DNA of 64,000 bases from a virus (lineage: Duplodnaviria; Caudoviricetes), in IMG/VR virus record IMGVR_UViG_3300020036_003693, positions 34 through 64,033 of that record. One strand, given 5' to 3'. Below, piece by piece: positions 8,071 through 16,986 of the stretch. Within the stretch, counting starts at the first letter, position 1; the number at the start of each line of letters is the position of its first letter. Under the pieces are notes generated by a model, which was given only the letters and a program-made list of their open reading frames with translations, searched no databases and was not told the DNA's origin. The translations under genes and the position numbers were made by a program.

Positions 8071-9567
8071 ATGTCACATCTCCCTGATGCTGAGGAGGCA
8101 TCACTACCACGCTATGACGAGAACAAGTACCAAGAATCGGAAACGGAAGCGCAGGATCAGCAAGGCAGCTTATCGGAGAGGCGAGATAATCCTCAGCGTG
8201 AAAACCTTCAACCTGAATATCCGGTTAGGGTCATTGTCGAGGGCCTGGGCATCCCAGCCACTGATGTGGAGGCTCCAAGTCCAGAGGCACTCTGGCAATG
8301 TCTAGTCGAGCAGATCGGGAGCTGGCACTTCAAACCGGACCTCCAAGCGGTGCAGATACTGCTGGCGTTCGAGGCGAGCTACCAGATCAGCACGGAGGAT
8401 CATCTCTGGCTACATTTGATAGGCCCCTCGTCTAGTGGAAAGACATCCCTGGGGATAGCGATGATAGATGGATTGTTCACCGATCATCACCAGCTCGGGG
8501 AGATAACCCCGAATACATTCCTCTCGGGGCTCACTCGTGGTAAACAGAAAGGGAAGCTAAACTCCTTCCTGCACCAGATAGGCGACCGAGGACTGATCTA
8601 TGCACCGGACTTCACGAACTTTCTCAGCAATGACCACCTCACCGTGGGGAAGATCGCAGGGCAGCTCCGAGAAATCTACGACGGGAAGATGACCAAGCGG
8701 GCCGGGAGTATGGAGCACGTGAACGAGTGGAGTGGGAACGTGGCGATGATCACTGCGTTCACACCCAGTGTGGAGAGCAAGTGGCACTCGCATAATAGGG
8801 AAGGGGAGCGGTTCCTGACGCTGCGCTGGCATGGGGCTGAGGCAGTCGGGGAGACAGAGGAGCGCCGCTTGGGGGGGCTGATGAAGCTCAACGGGAAGAA
8901 AGACCGTCAGGAGGAGCTTCGGGAGATAGTCCGGGAGCTGATACTCCAGGGAGGAGAAGAAAATGTCATTGATGAACAAGGAAAGCCCCGAGCAGTCCTG
9001 CATGGACTTACCAATCCGGGAACTACTAACATTCAAGATCGAAGTTTCAGGCTTGCCAGACTTGTCGGAAAGCTGCGCACACTTCCTGTACGAAGCGATG
9101 GTAAGAATATTTCCCACGTGGCAGGAGAAGAATCTCCTGGAAGGGTTTTTAAGCAGCTCATCAAGGTGGCTAGAGGATGGGCCAGCCTCATGCGTAGAGA
9201 CGAAGTTCTACAGTCCGATTGGGCACTCGCCGAACGTCTCGCAATTGATACTATCCCTGAGACTAGAAGGTGGCTACTTGAAAGTCTCCCTTGGGGAAGT
9301 GGCTCCGCAGTCACAAGAGTAGAACTGCTCCAGGAGATGACTCCGTTCCAGGGGAAGGAAGCTGTGGAGTGGCACCTCGCAGACTTGAAGGCACTGGGTG
9401 TGGTCGGCGTGAATGGAGCCGGTGAGGTGTTCCTGAAGGATAAGTTCGTGGCATTGGCTGAGGCGGGGTGTCCTGGGTGGGTAGCTGGGCTCCAGGTGGG
9501 GTATGAGGAGAAAGTGTTGGAAGCGCAGGACAGGATCGAGAGCAAGGAGTTCGGGGTTGTGCGATAG
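8071..9567 (+). CDS. AAA+ ATPase (MCM-like helicase/replication protein) with C-terminal winged helix
   Basis: AGGAG SD before ATG 8071; Walker A GPSSSGKT, LIYAPDF, LREIYDG, EGERF; C-terminal VTRVEL...WHLADLKALGVV. Confidence 0.7.
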   Translation: MSHLPDAEEASLPRYDENKYQESETEAQDQQGSLSERRDNPQRENLQPEYPVRVIVEGLGIPATDVEAPSPEALWQCLVEQIGSWHFKPDLQAVQILLAFEASYQISTEDHLWLHLIGPSSSGKTSLGIAMIDGLFTDHHQLGEITPNTFLSGLTRGKQKGKLNSFLHQIGDRGLIYAPDFTNFLSNDHLTVGKIAGQLREIYDGKMTKRAGSMEHVNEWSGNVAMITAFTPSVESKWHSHNREGERFLTLRWHGAEAVGETEERRLGGLMKLNGKKDRQEELREIVRELILQGGEENVIDEQGKPRAVLHGLTNPGTTNIQDRSFRLARLVGKLRTLPVRSDGKNISHVAGEESPGRVFKQLIKVARGWASLMRRDEVLQSDWALAERLAIDTIPETRRWLLESLPWGSGSAVTRVELLQEMTPFQGKEAVEWHLADLKALGVVGVNGAGEVFLKDKFVALAEAGCPGWVAGLQVGYEEKVLEAQDRIESKEFGVVR

Positions 9568-9624
9568 GGAAGAGACACGGACATCCCCGTTTAATAGATA
9601 TAAGTAAAGGGAGGTGAACATCCG

Positions 9625-9861
9625 ATGTTTCCAGTATTCATACCGATTGGGAGCGGCTCCACGAAGATAACCTACGGCCAGCTCATCATTACAATTGCTC
9701 TAGCCATCTTTATCTGCTGGCTGGTATTTACCCTGTTGCAGTGGCTGCTTCCATTGCCAACAGTAGAGTGCCTCGGAGCCAATCCACCCTGCCCGGACCC
9801 CACATTGTGGGAGGTGCTGAAGGGGCAGTGGAGATGGATTAGTGGGAAGCGGTTGTGGTAG
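9625..9861 (+). CDS. small membrane protein
   Basis: GGAGGTGA SD; TM segment LIITIALAIFICWLVFTLL. Confidence 0.7.
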   Translation: MFPVFIPIGSGSTKITYGQLIITIALAIFICWLVFTLLQWLLPLPTVECLGANPPCPDPTLWEVLKGQWRWISGKRLW

Positions 9862-9871
9862 GAGACATGAA

Positions 9872-10111
9872 ATGGCTAAGATTCTTCCTAAGAATGATGA
9901 ATGGATACGCTCCAGTACGCCTAGTCCTATGCCCGAGGGTACTCGGAGACGGTTGATGAACCGACTCTGTAGAAGGTTTGCCAAGGCACACCACACGGGT
10001 AAAGGCTGGTGGCGGGCAGCAGTCCTGCTACGACGGCTGAGGGATTCCAGCAAGCATAGGGACTTATGGGAACGCCCAACTGGTAAAAACTATAAGGAGA
10101 CAACGAAATGA
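9872..10111 (+). CDS. basic hypothetical protein
   Basis: GGAG SD before ATG 9872; Arg-rich. Confidence 0.6.
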   Translation: MAKILPKNDEWIRSSTPSPMPEGTRRRLMNRLCRRFAKAHHTGKGWWRAAVLLRRLRDSSKHRDLWERPTGKNYKETTK

Positions 10112-10221
10112 AACTAATTCTTGAAAGCATTGGCGTCGGGACGGTGATATTCCTGGGGCTGACTGCGATTGTGGTTATCTGGTTTGCAGCCAGCAGAGTT
10201 GGAGGGGGGAGCGGGAGATGA
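10108..10221 (+). CDS. 37-aa membrane peptide
   Basis: AAGGAG SD; ATGA overlaps at both ends; MKLILESIGVGTVIFLGLTAIVVIWFAASR. Confidence 0.55.
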   Translation: MKLILESIGVGTVIFLGLTAIVVIWFAASRVGGGSGR

Positions 10222-10460
10222 ACCTGAGCAAACATATCGAAGTCACCAAGCGCCAGTGGGACTACTGGAAAACCTACCTGAAGAGCAGTGGTTACGAGCT
10301 AGAGGAATGCCCAGTGGACGCAGGTGGGAACGTGCAGGTGAATGTTCGAGTCCAGGGGGAAATCTCTGCGGACCTGGCTATGTGCAGGATAAAGAACCCA
10401 AACGGCAGATGGACGAACTATATCACGATACGGATACCCGAGGTGATGAGGAGACCATAA
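10218..10460 (+). CDS. hypothetical protein
   Basis: 80-aa ORF coupled to the upstream stop. Confidence 0.65.
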   Translation: MNLSKHIEVTKRQWDYWKTYLKSSGYELEECPVDAGGNVQVNVRVQGEISADLAMCRIKNPNGRWTNYITIRIPEVMRRP

Positions 10461-10525
10461 TGCCACTAACTAATTAGGAGACAACTGATGGAAGAAAGTA
10501 AAAAACAATCCGGGAGGGCACAGAA

Positions 10526-10801
10526 ATGCGCTGGTTACTAGAGGAACTGGGCAGCGTTGCAGTCATTTGCATTCTGATGTGGGTAATTATCGGCATTTAT
10601 GATTACCTAAAAAATCTTACTAACAAAGAACACATCCATCGCTGGAGCAAGTGGAGCCAGTACACTATCCCTAGTGGGGGCATCCAACAACAACGAGTCT
10701 GTTTGGACTGCTGTTATATGCAGAATGAGATTGCCAGTGCCAGCGGGAAGCTGCTCCCAGTAGATTGGCGTGAGATAGGAGGGATTGATGGAAAGAAATA
10801 A
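10526..10801 (+). CDS. membrane protein with C-terminal HxHxW...CxxC motif
   Basis: TM segment followed by HIHRWSKW...CLDC. Confidence 0.65.
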   Translation: MRWLLEELGSVAVICILMWVIIGIYDYLKNLTNKEHIHRWSKWSQYTIPSGGIQQQRVCLDCCYMQNEIASASGKLLPVDWREIGGIDGKK

Positions 10802-12200
10802 GTTAGTCTTCCACACAGACCGCAGCCGCATCATAGACTACCGCAGGTGCCCGAGGAAGCGCTTCTGGGGGACCGAAGTAGAGATCGCGGAGACCGAGCA
10901 GGGAGTGCGTGGGATTGCTCCGCTCGCGGTGAACATTCCGATGACGATTGGGAGTGCTGTGCATGAGGGGTTGGAGATGTTGCATAAGCTGCACAGTTCC
11001 ACTATGGAACTAAACGTGACCATGCGGCTTGAGCCTAGTGTAGTAGACAAGGCAGTTACTTACGCCTTGGGCTATTACAACGGCGTCGTGGTCCGAGAAG
11101 AAGCAGCCCTCCTCACCGCTGCGCAGGACATTGCCCAGGACGAGTTTGCCTTCCTCGATGCGGAGCCGGGCGCTGAGCCAACAGGTCTCAAGCGAGCCTT
11201 CAAGATACGAGAGGGACGTGCTCTGGTGGAGGCTCTCGTGCGTAGCTACTACAAGGTAGGTCTGCCGCTGCTGCTGGATAGGTACGAAATCCTGCTGGTG
11301 GAGAAGGAGATGGCAGCACTGCTGGTGGACAACGCTGAGATCACGGTGCAGCTTAATGGGCGGGCTGATGCGATCCTCCGGGAGAAAGCGACTGGGAACC
11401 TGGCCGCGCTGAGCATCAAGACACCCAAGAAACTCGACTACCGTGCCGATGCGAACTGGAAAGAAGATGACCAGGGAATTAGTGAGTGCTACCTGATCCG
11501 TGAGATGGTGCGTGCTGGGTTGCTGGCTGACTTCGGCTACGGTGACTTCGATGAGGTCCAGGTTGGCGTGCAGATGCTGATGCTCTGCAAGGGCTACGAG
11601 AAAGAAGATAAGAAGGATGGGATATGGAAGCACGTGAACCCTGTGGTGTGGCCATATGCGCAGGAGCAGCCCAGCGGTGAGTATCTGCTGCGCCCGAGTT
11701 ATGACTACGTGAAGGAAGACGGCACAATGGGGCGACTCGGGAAGGGCTGGAACCAGCGTCATCTCTGGGAGATCGAAGAGTACTCTCAACAGCAGTGGAT
11801 AGATGAGATCGTGGAGCAGCACCCGGGGGAGCTGGAGAAGTTGCTGGTGTTCCCGCAGTTGCTATTGCGTACGAACGCCGAGATGGACACCTGGGCAACC
11901 GAAGCCGCGATGCAGGAAGCTAACCTCGCCACGTTGCGGCTGGACATGCAACGTGCAGAGCAGACAGGGATTGAGGTAAATTTCCCAATGGTCATGGCCA
12001 GTGAGTTCCCGATGTACCGGCAGAGCTGCAACTACCCGGGACCTTGTGAGTACAAGGTGCTATGCCACCCGGTGAGCGGGGAGCTGGGATTCGGTATGAG
12101 CAGTGTGGGTGAGGCGCTGGTGGTCGGTGGGTTGGTGCAGGTGGAAGGATTCAAGGTGAGGAAAGCGAATCATCCGAGCGAGGAGGAGCCTCCTGTATGA
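10785..12200 (+). CDS. PD-(D/E)XK Cas4/RecB-like exonuclease
   Basis: SRIIDYRRCPRK, GSAVHEGLE, GRADAILRE...SIKT, C-terminal CNYPGPCEYKVLC (four-Cys Fe-S pattern). Confidence 0.8.
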   Translation: MMERNKLVFHTDRSRIIDYRRCPRKRFWGTEVEIAETEQGVRGIAPLAVNIPMTIGSAVHEGLEMLHKLHSSTMELNVTMRLEPSVVDKAVTYALGYYNGVVVREEAALLTAAQDIAQDEFAFLDAEPGAEPTGLKRAFKIREGRALVEALVRSYYKVGLPLLLDRYEILLVEKEMAALLVDNAEITVQLNGRADAILREKATGNLAALSIKTPKKLDYRADANWKEDDQGISECYLIREMVRAGLLADFGYGDFDEVQVGVQMLMLCKGYEKEDKKDGIWKHVNPVVWPYAQEQPSGEYLLRPSYDYVKEDGTMGRLGKGWNQRHLWEIEEYSQQQWIDEIVEQHPGELEKLLVFPQLLLRTNAEMDTWATEAAMQEANLATLRLDMQRAEQTGIEVNFPMVMASEFPMYRQSCNYPGPCEYKVLCHPVSGELGFGMSSVGEALVVGGLVQVEGFKVRKANHPSEEEPPV

Positions 12201-12279
12201 TCACTTGTCAAATTTGTGGCGCAAAGTTCTCTTCCTACTCCGCTCTGCGTGAGCCTATCCGGGTAGTCCATAGCAGAGG

Positions 12280-12492
12280 GTGGAGTCTACTAGGGAGGCG
12301 GCTATGCCTTGGATAACCTGTCCCGAGTGTGAGGATGAGATCGAGTTTACCCTGGATGGCAAGGAAGATCGCCCAATCGTAGCGGATTGGAAGCGGGACT
12401 GCCCTTGTGTATTCACTGAAGCAGAGGAGGAAGCTCTGATCGAGGCAGCAGAGAAGTCTATTGAGGAGATGGACCCTCCCGGAGAGTATTGA
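12280..12492 (+). CDS. small acidic zinc-ribbon protein
   Basis: CPEC...CPC; likely start is ATG MPWITCPEC behind GGAGG. Confidence 0.6.
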   Translation: MESTREAAMPWITCPECEDEIEFTLDGKEDRPIVADWKRDCPCVFTEAEEEALIEAAEKSIEEMDPPGEY

Positions 12493-12517
12493 CATCATCC
12501 CCCAGGGGTAGTACTCT
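12489..12517 (+). promoter_or_regulatory. sigma70 promoter
   Basis: TTGACA-17 bp-TACTCT. Confidence 0.65.
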
Positions 12518-12572
12518 CTCCACTGTCCCTACCCTAGTAGGTAGCAGGACAACCCAAACACTGGGTAAACGT

Positions 12573-12592
12573 CAGACAGACAGACAGACAGA
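12573..12592 (+). repeat. (CAGA)5 microsatellite in a 5' leader
   Basis: cagacagacagacagacaga read directly. Confidence 0.85.
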
Positions 12593-12627
12593 CAACAGAA
12601 ACAACAAACCAAAGGAGACAAACGCAA

Positions 12628-12897
12628 ATGCAAGTTACATTACCCGCCAAGGGAAAAATTGGCAGCAACAACTACCGGGAGAAGAAACTCTACAGCTTGT
12701 CCGAGAAGCAAGTGTTGGCGCTCAGCCAGGAGTTCTTCACTAACGAAGAAGAGACTGTTGACGTGCTGGGCAAACAAGCCAAGCAGGTCATGAGCAGCCT
12801 GGTCAAGCTGGAACTGTTCAAGACCAAGCGAGATGGAAGTTTCGTGCGGACCCGGTTGGGCTCGGAGTTGCTTGAGCTGGTGGCTGCGCGGGTCTAG
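12628..12897 (+). CDS. putative winged-helix DNA-binding protein
   Basis: AAAGGAG SD; C-terminal VMSSLVKLELF...FVRTRLGSELL resembles a wHTH wing. Confidence 0.55.
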   Translation: MQVTLPAKGKIGSNNYREKKLYSLSEKQVLALSQEFFTNEEETVDVLGKQAKQVMSSLVKLELFKTKRDGSFVRTRLGSELLELVAARV

Positions 12898-12905
12898 CAC
12901 AAGTT

Positions 12906-13094
12906 ATGGGGGTGGTAGTTTATAGGGAAAACATCGGGATACACTATAGCTCTGTATGTCGAAGATGTAGGGTCGAATACCTACCTGCCCCCGGAAAGTT
13001 AGGGCCATTGGTTAGTTCTGCTCAGCAGGATCGCAACTTGCTCTGGTTCAGAACTCGTAGCAGTCGGCATGCCGCGCTGGAATGCATATGGTAG
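12906..13094 (+). CDS. possible small CxxC protein
   Basis: 62-aa ORF with CRRC; SD weak. Confidence 0.35.
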   Translation: MGVVVYRENIGIHYSSVCRRCRVEYLPAPGKLGPLVSSAQQDRNLLWFRTRSSRHAALECIW

Positions 13095-13214
13095 ATGGAC
13101 CCGAGATAGGGTCAGACTTAATACGCTACAAGGTCCTAATCTGGTTTTCACTGAAACAACAAAAAAAACTTTGACCCGATTCAAGTTTTTCGCTTTTCTC
13201 ATTCAGGTCTCACT

Positions 13215-13451
13215 ATGAACATAATGGCCCGGCTGGACTATCTCATTCCTATTGGATTTATCCTGGCTATGGTAGTCCAGGTAGTTCAGGCATTCGTGAT
13301 TCCACTACTGTTGTGGAAGCTAGTGAAGGCAGTTAAAGAACAAACAGTAGAGCTGACCAGACCAGAGGAACCTGCTCCAGTATGTGCTGAGCAAGTGGAC
13401 CTATTCACAGCATATCAACCCGGGAGTTACATACAAGATGCCAAGAACTAA
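13215..13451 (+). CDS. membrane protein
   Basis: Hydrophobic segment LIPIGFILAMVVQVVQAFVIPLLLW. Confidence 0.6.
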   Translation: MNIMARLDYLIPIGFILAMVVQVVQAFVIPLLLWKLVKAVKEQTVELTRPEEPAPVCAEQVDLFTAYQPGSYIQDAKN

Positions 13452-13611
13452 AGAAGAAAAAGCAGCTCAACTATGGTCAGTGCTTTGCCATGACTATGTT
13501 GCGCAGGAATGGACATCCCTTACGTGTGCTCGTTGTCTAAAGCATAGAGACGATCAAGTACACAGGCTGGATGATAAGGTCAAGGAGGCTAGATGCCAAG
13601 AACCCAAGTAG
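13438..13611 (+). CDS. small hypothetical protein with CxxC
   Basis: MPRTKEEK...CHDY...CARC, overlapping both neighbours. Confidence 0.55.
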   Translation: MPRTKEEKAAQLWSVLCHDYVAQEWTSLTCARCLKHRDDQVHRLDDKVKEARCQEPK

Positions 13612-14174
13612 CAATAGCAACACTGCGCCTGTTCGCCAAGATGCAAGCGAAGCAAACCACTTTTGATAAGGAGACCGGAGCTCCTGCCCAGCCCACCGGG
13701 GAAGCACTGTTCGCCAAGGGAGTCCTTGCTGCGGTGCGCTGGATGACGGACCGCGAGAGCCCGATACCATACGCCGAGCTGGAGGAGGAGATGCCAGAGG
13801 ATGGAGGGTGGTTCAACACGGATGCCATCATCCATCCGGGGCACGCATTCCAATCCACTCCAGCAGTAATCTTCCAGCCGGATTTGGTTGCTCCACCTCC
13901 GGTGACTGTCCCACAGTTCGAGCCTCCTTCCCCCTCCAGGATCATCATCCCAGGCGAGGAGCCCCCGGACCCGAACGTGAACAAGAAGCTGACAGTGCCA
14001 GGTAGCTTCACTGCGGCTCTGGAGGAGCAGCCCTGGTTACGAGAATACGTCAAAGACATCGGGTATCTCCAGGTGGAGGGTGGGAGGATGACCACGCCGA
14101 ATGACAGTAACGCCGTGGTGGTGGGCAGAGGGCTGGAGGATGGGCCGATGCTGGCTGGGGGAGGAGGTGAATGA
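13593..14174 (+). CDS. hypothetical protein with Pro-rich linker
   Basis: AGGAGG SD, 193 aa. Confidence 0.7.
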   Translation: MPRTQVAIATLRLFAKMQAKQTTFDKETGAPAQPTGEALFAKGVLAAVRWMTDRESPIPYAELEEEMPEDGGWFNTDAIIHPGHAFQSTPAVIFQPDLVAPPPVTVPQFEPPSPSRIIIPGEEPPDPNVNKKLTVPGSFTAALEEQPWLREYVKDIGYLQVEGGRMTTPNDSNAVVVGRGLEDGPMLAGGGGE

Positions 14175-14446
14175 GTAAGGACATCAAGAAACGCTGGGTT
14201 ATGGCAAAGCTGGTAGTAGTGTACCCCCTCCCAGTCCCTGCTGACTGGAACCAGGAAGATATTGATTTCTATCTGGGGGAAAGTTCCAGTTGTGCCAGCA
14301 ACCGTGTAACTGAGTTACCGGAGGTGTTGACGACGGCTGCTACTACCTGCTGGTGTGACCATGTAGAAGAGGAGTATGTAAGAGAAGTGACTCCAGAGGA
14401 CTTGGTTAAGTTTGGGATAAAGGAGGAACTAACTAATGACGGTTGA
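14171..14446 (+). CDS. hypothetical protein
   Basis: GGAGGTGA SD; SSCASN and CWC motif. Confidence 0.7.
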   Translation: MSKDIKKRWVMAKLVVVYPLPVPADWNQEDIDFYLGESSSCASNRVTELPEVLTTAATTCWCDHVEEEYVREVTPEDLVKFGIKEELTNDG

Positions 14447-14603
14447 GGAACTAGCACAGGAGCTGGTGAAGTTGTGCCAGGAGGGGAAGAAGGACTGGGA
14501 AATAGTAGCTGTCTTAGAGACTACCGGAGGCAGGAATGAAATAAAACCAACTGAAGTCCTGGCTGAACCGGCATGGGAACAGGTGTGCTTATATGCTATA
14601 TAA
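14436..14603 (+). CDS. hypothetical protein (55 aa)
   Basis: Hand-translated MTVEELAQELVKLC...; AAGGAGG SD. Confidence 0.6.
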   Translation: MTVEELAQELVKLCQEGKKDWEIVAVLETTGGRNEIKPTEVLAEPAWEQVCLYAI

Positions 14604-14617
14604 AGGAGAACAACAAC

Positions 14618-15661
14618 ATGAGACTTGTTAAACCCCAATCACAATCAACAACTGGCTCCGCGCCAACCGACAACGCCAAGAGCATCCTCATCTACGGCGA
14701 GACGCAGAGCGGCAAGACCTCGCTGATCGGCACAATCGCCCGTGAGCACCACGCTCGCACCGGGAAGATCACCCGGCTGATCCTCTGCGACGAGGGTGGC
14801 CCCAGCGCGATCCAACCCGAGATTGACGAGGGGATTATCCAGGTAGTGGACATGATGGGAGATGACCAGCCCCAGTCGAACCTGATGTGGCTGGCCAAGG
14901 GACACTTCCTGGGTGCGGATGGGAAGATTGATCAGAAACGGCAGCAACTGGAGAACATTGGGATTATTGCCCTTGACTCACTCAGCTCTGCTGCCGGTAT
15001 GATCATTAACTACTTCATCCAGAGCGGCACGAAGATCAGCCAGGACATCGTGGGGATGCGGGAGGAACAAGGGCTACGGTTTGGGAACGCCAGCCAGAGT
15101 CACTACGGAGCTACACACAACTATATCCTGCAACTGATCACGGCGTTCGCGTCTCTGCCAGTGGATCGCGTGATCCACACAGCCCTGGAGTCGAAGGCTC
15201 AGGACCAGGTGGATAACACGATTATCCTGGGGCCGATGATCGTGGGCAAAGCACTCACCGGGGTTATTCCGAGCAGGATGAATCGCATCCTGCACCTGGA
15301 GATCGCACCCACGGCGGACGGCAAGGACCGGATGTACCGAATCTACTTCCAGCCGCACATTGACTCGGTGTTGCGGAAGACCTGGCCTGCGAACTTGCGG
15401 TTGCCACTCGCAGTGCAGCCGAAGATGAAGTCCCACCCAGTGTATGGGAAGGGCTACCTGGATTTCTCCACGGGGAAAGAGCTGCTGGATTTGTTCGACT
15501 ACGCTGCCGGGCTGGTGGTGGCGAAGCAGGAACCGCCTAAGCAGGAAGAATCCCCTGTCCAGCCCGCTCCGCTGAGGACGGGCACAGCAACCAACCCGGC
15601 AACCTCGCTTCTTGGCAAGTACGCAACCGGTGCCAACGCAGCCACTCCCAAGAAGCCTTAA
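14618..15661 (+). CDS. AAA_24 / Sak4-like RecA-fold ATPase (recombination)
   Basis: LIYGETQSGKT Walker A, IIALDSLS Walker B, HTALE, GPMIVGKAL; start behind AAAGGAG. Confidence 0.8.
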   Translation: MRLVKPQSQSTTGSAPTDNAKSILIYGETQSGKTSLIGTIAREHHARTGKITRLILCDEGGPSAIQPEIDEGIIQVVDMMGDDQPQSNLMWLAKGHFLGADGKIDQKRQQLENIGIIALDSLSSAAGMIINYFIQSGTKISQDIVGMREEQGLRFGNASQSHYGATHNYILQLITAFASLPVDRVIHTALESKAQDQVDNTIILGPMIVGKALTGVIPSRMNRILHLEIAPTADGKDRMYRIYFQPHIDSVLRKTWPANLRLPLAVQPKMKSHPVYGKGYLDFSTGKELLDLFDYAAGLVVAKQEPPKQEESPVQPAPLRTGTATNPATSLLGKYATGANAATPKKP

Positions 15662-15729
15662 CAATTTGCAATCGTTCACTTCACATCTACTTAGATAACA
15701 ACAACGTAACCAAATAGGAGACAACAACC

Positions 15730-16557
15730 ATGTCAGATTTCACTGAAGTCGCGGATGGCGTCAACCTCGATGCCTCAGCGGATGGATTCGATAGCAATTT
15801 CCTGGAGCAGACCAACAAAGACGCTGGCTATGACCCGAACAAGGAACCTGGGCAGCGCAGCGTGACCCCACCGGAGGGGCCGTACTGGTTCCGGTATGAG
15901 CACAGCAAGGTGAGCGACCAGGACGCAGCAGAGAACCCGCGCACCAAGCTCCCGAACCGCTGGAAGCCTGGTGTCACCAAGCCGAAGAAAGGAACTCCAT
16001 CCAGCTTCATCGGGACATCCCTGAAGGCGATGATGCTCCGCCCTGCGGATGGGAACAAGCTCTCCCTGGAGGAGTTTGACGCACTGGGCCTGGCCGGGCG
16101 ACAGCTCTACGCCTATGTGAGCAGCCTTATGATGTACGGGCGCTCAGGTCTCACGGACTGGCTGAACTCGGTGCTGTATGAGAAGGTGCCGATTGATCAG
16201 CACGTTCGGGTGAACATCCAGATGGCAGAGGAGCTGCTCACTGGCGTCCCCGAGGGCGTCGGGATCGTAAAGTGGTCCCTCCAGTGGAAAGACGAGAACG
16301 AGGAGGACACCAAGAAACAGTTCAAGGACCTCCGCGATCTCAGCGATGGGATGGCAGCGAAGTTCAAGGACGGCACTCGCAGCAAAGCCTGGCCTCGGGA
16401 TGAGGAAGGCGAGTTGCGGACGGCGTTCTGGTGGAACCTTAACAAGAACATCGCGCAGGTGGACCAGGATGAGGAGGGCACCGAGGAGGATGAGAAGGTG
16501 CTGCTGTTCGCCCGGGCCGAGCTGCGGGATTTCCTGCCCTTCAAGGCGAGCGAATAG
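15730..16557 (+). CDS. probable single-stranded DNA-binding protein
   Basis: Acidic protein with aromatic residues directly after the Sak4-like ATPase, the usual SSB position; inferred from context. Confidence 0.45.
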   Translation: MSDFTEVADGVNLDASADGFDSNFLEQTNKDAGYDPNKEPGQRSVTPPEGPYWFRYEHSKVSDQDAAENPRTKLPNRWKPGVTKPKKGTPSSFIGTSLKAMMLRPADGNKLSLEEFDALGLAGRQLYAYVSSLMMYGRSGLTDWLNSVLYEKVPIDQHVRVNIQMAEELLTGVPEGVGIVKWSLQWKDENEEDTKKQFKDLRDLSDGMAAKFKDGTRSKAWPRDEEGELRTAFWWNLNKNIAQVDQDEEGTEEDEKVLLFARAELRDFLPFKASE

Positions 16558-16567
16558 GAGGTAGGCT

Positions 16568-16804
16568 ATGGCAACAAAGCATACTGCTGTTTGCTTGCAG
16601 AATGCCGGGGACGAAGAACCGATCTTCGTCCTCCGGGCGCAGGATGAACTAGCCCCAGGGCTAGTCCGGGACTGGGCTGAACGATTCCGCAACAACCACG
16701 AAGCTAATGGCAGCTTCAACGTCCATATAGAGTCGAAGTATTGGGAGGCTCGAGGAACCGCAGAGGAGATGGAAAAGTGGCGTAGCAGGAAGATTCCTGA
16801 CTAG
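16568..16804 (+). CDS. conserved phage hypothetical protein
   Basis: EPIFVLRAQDELAPGLVRDWA motif. Confidence 0.7.
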   Translation: MATKHTAVCLQNAGDEEPIFVLRAQDELAPGLVRDWAERFRNNHEANGSFNVHIESKYWEARGTAEEMEKWRSRKIPD

Positions 16805-16918
16805 GCTACTCAAGAATGGCGCAGGGCACACAGCACCCTGCTACCTCGCACCCACGGGTTTATTCCAAACGTCCAGTTAATTACCGTGGGTGACTCACCC
16901 AGGAGGAGCTAGGAGAAA

Positions 16919-16945
16919 AAAAATCCTGGCCCTCCCGGGATTTTT
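16919..16945 (+). terminator. intrinsic terminator (possibly bidirectional)
   Basis: aaaaatcctgg-ccctc-ccgggattttt. Confidence 0.6.
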
Positions 16946-16986
16946 AGAAACAACAACAACAACCAAGAAAAGGAAAGGTGATAGTT

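Noticed and set aside
10785-12200. Cas4-like gene as part of a CRISPR-Cas system
   Set aside because: No repeat-spacer array or other cas genes were seen; solo Cas4-like exonucleases are common in phage recombination modules.
13116-13140. TAATACG sequence resembling a T7 promoter
   Set aside because: Only a partial match, no second copy was found, and no phage RNA polymerase gene is present.
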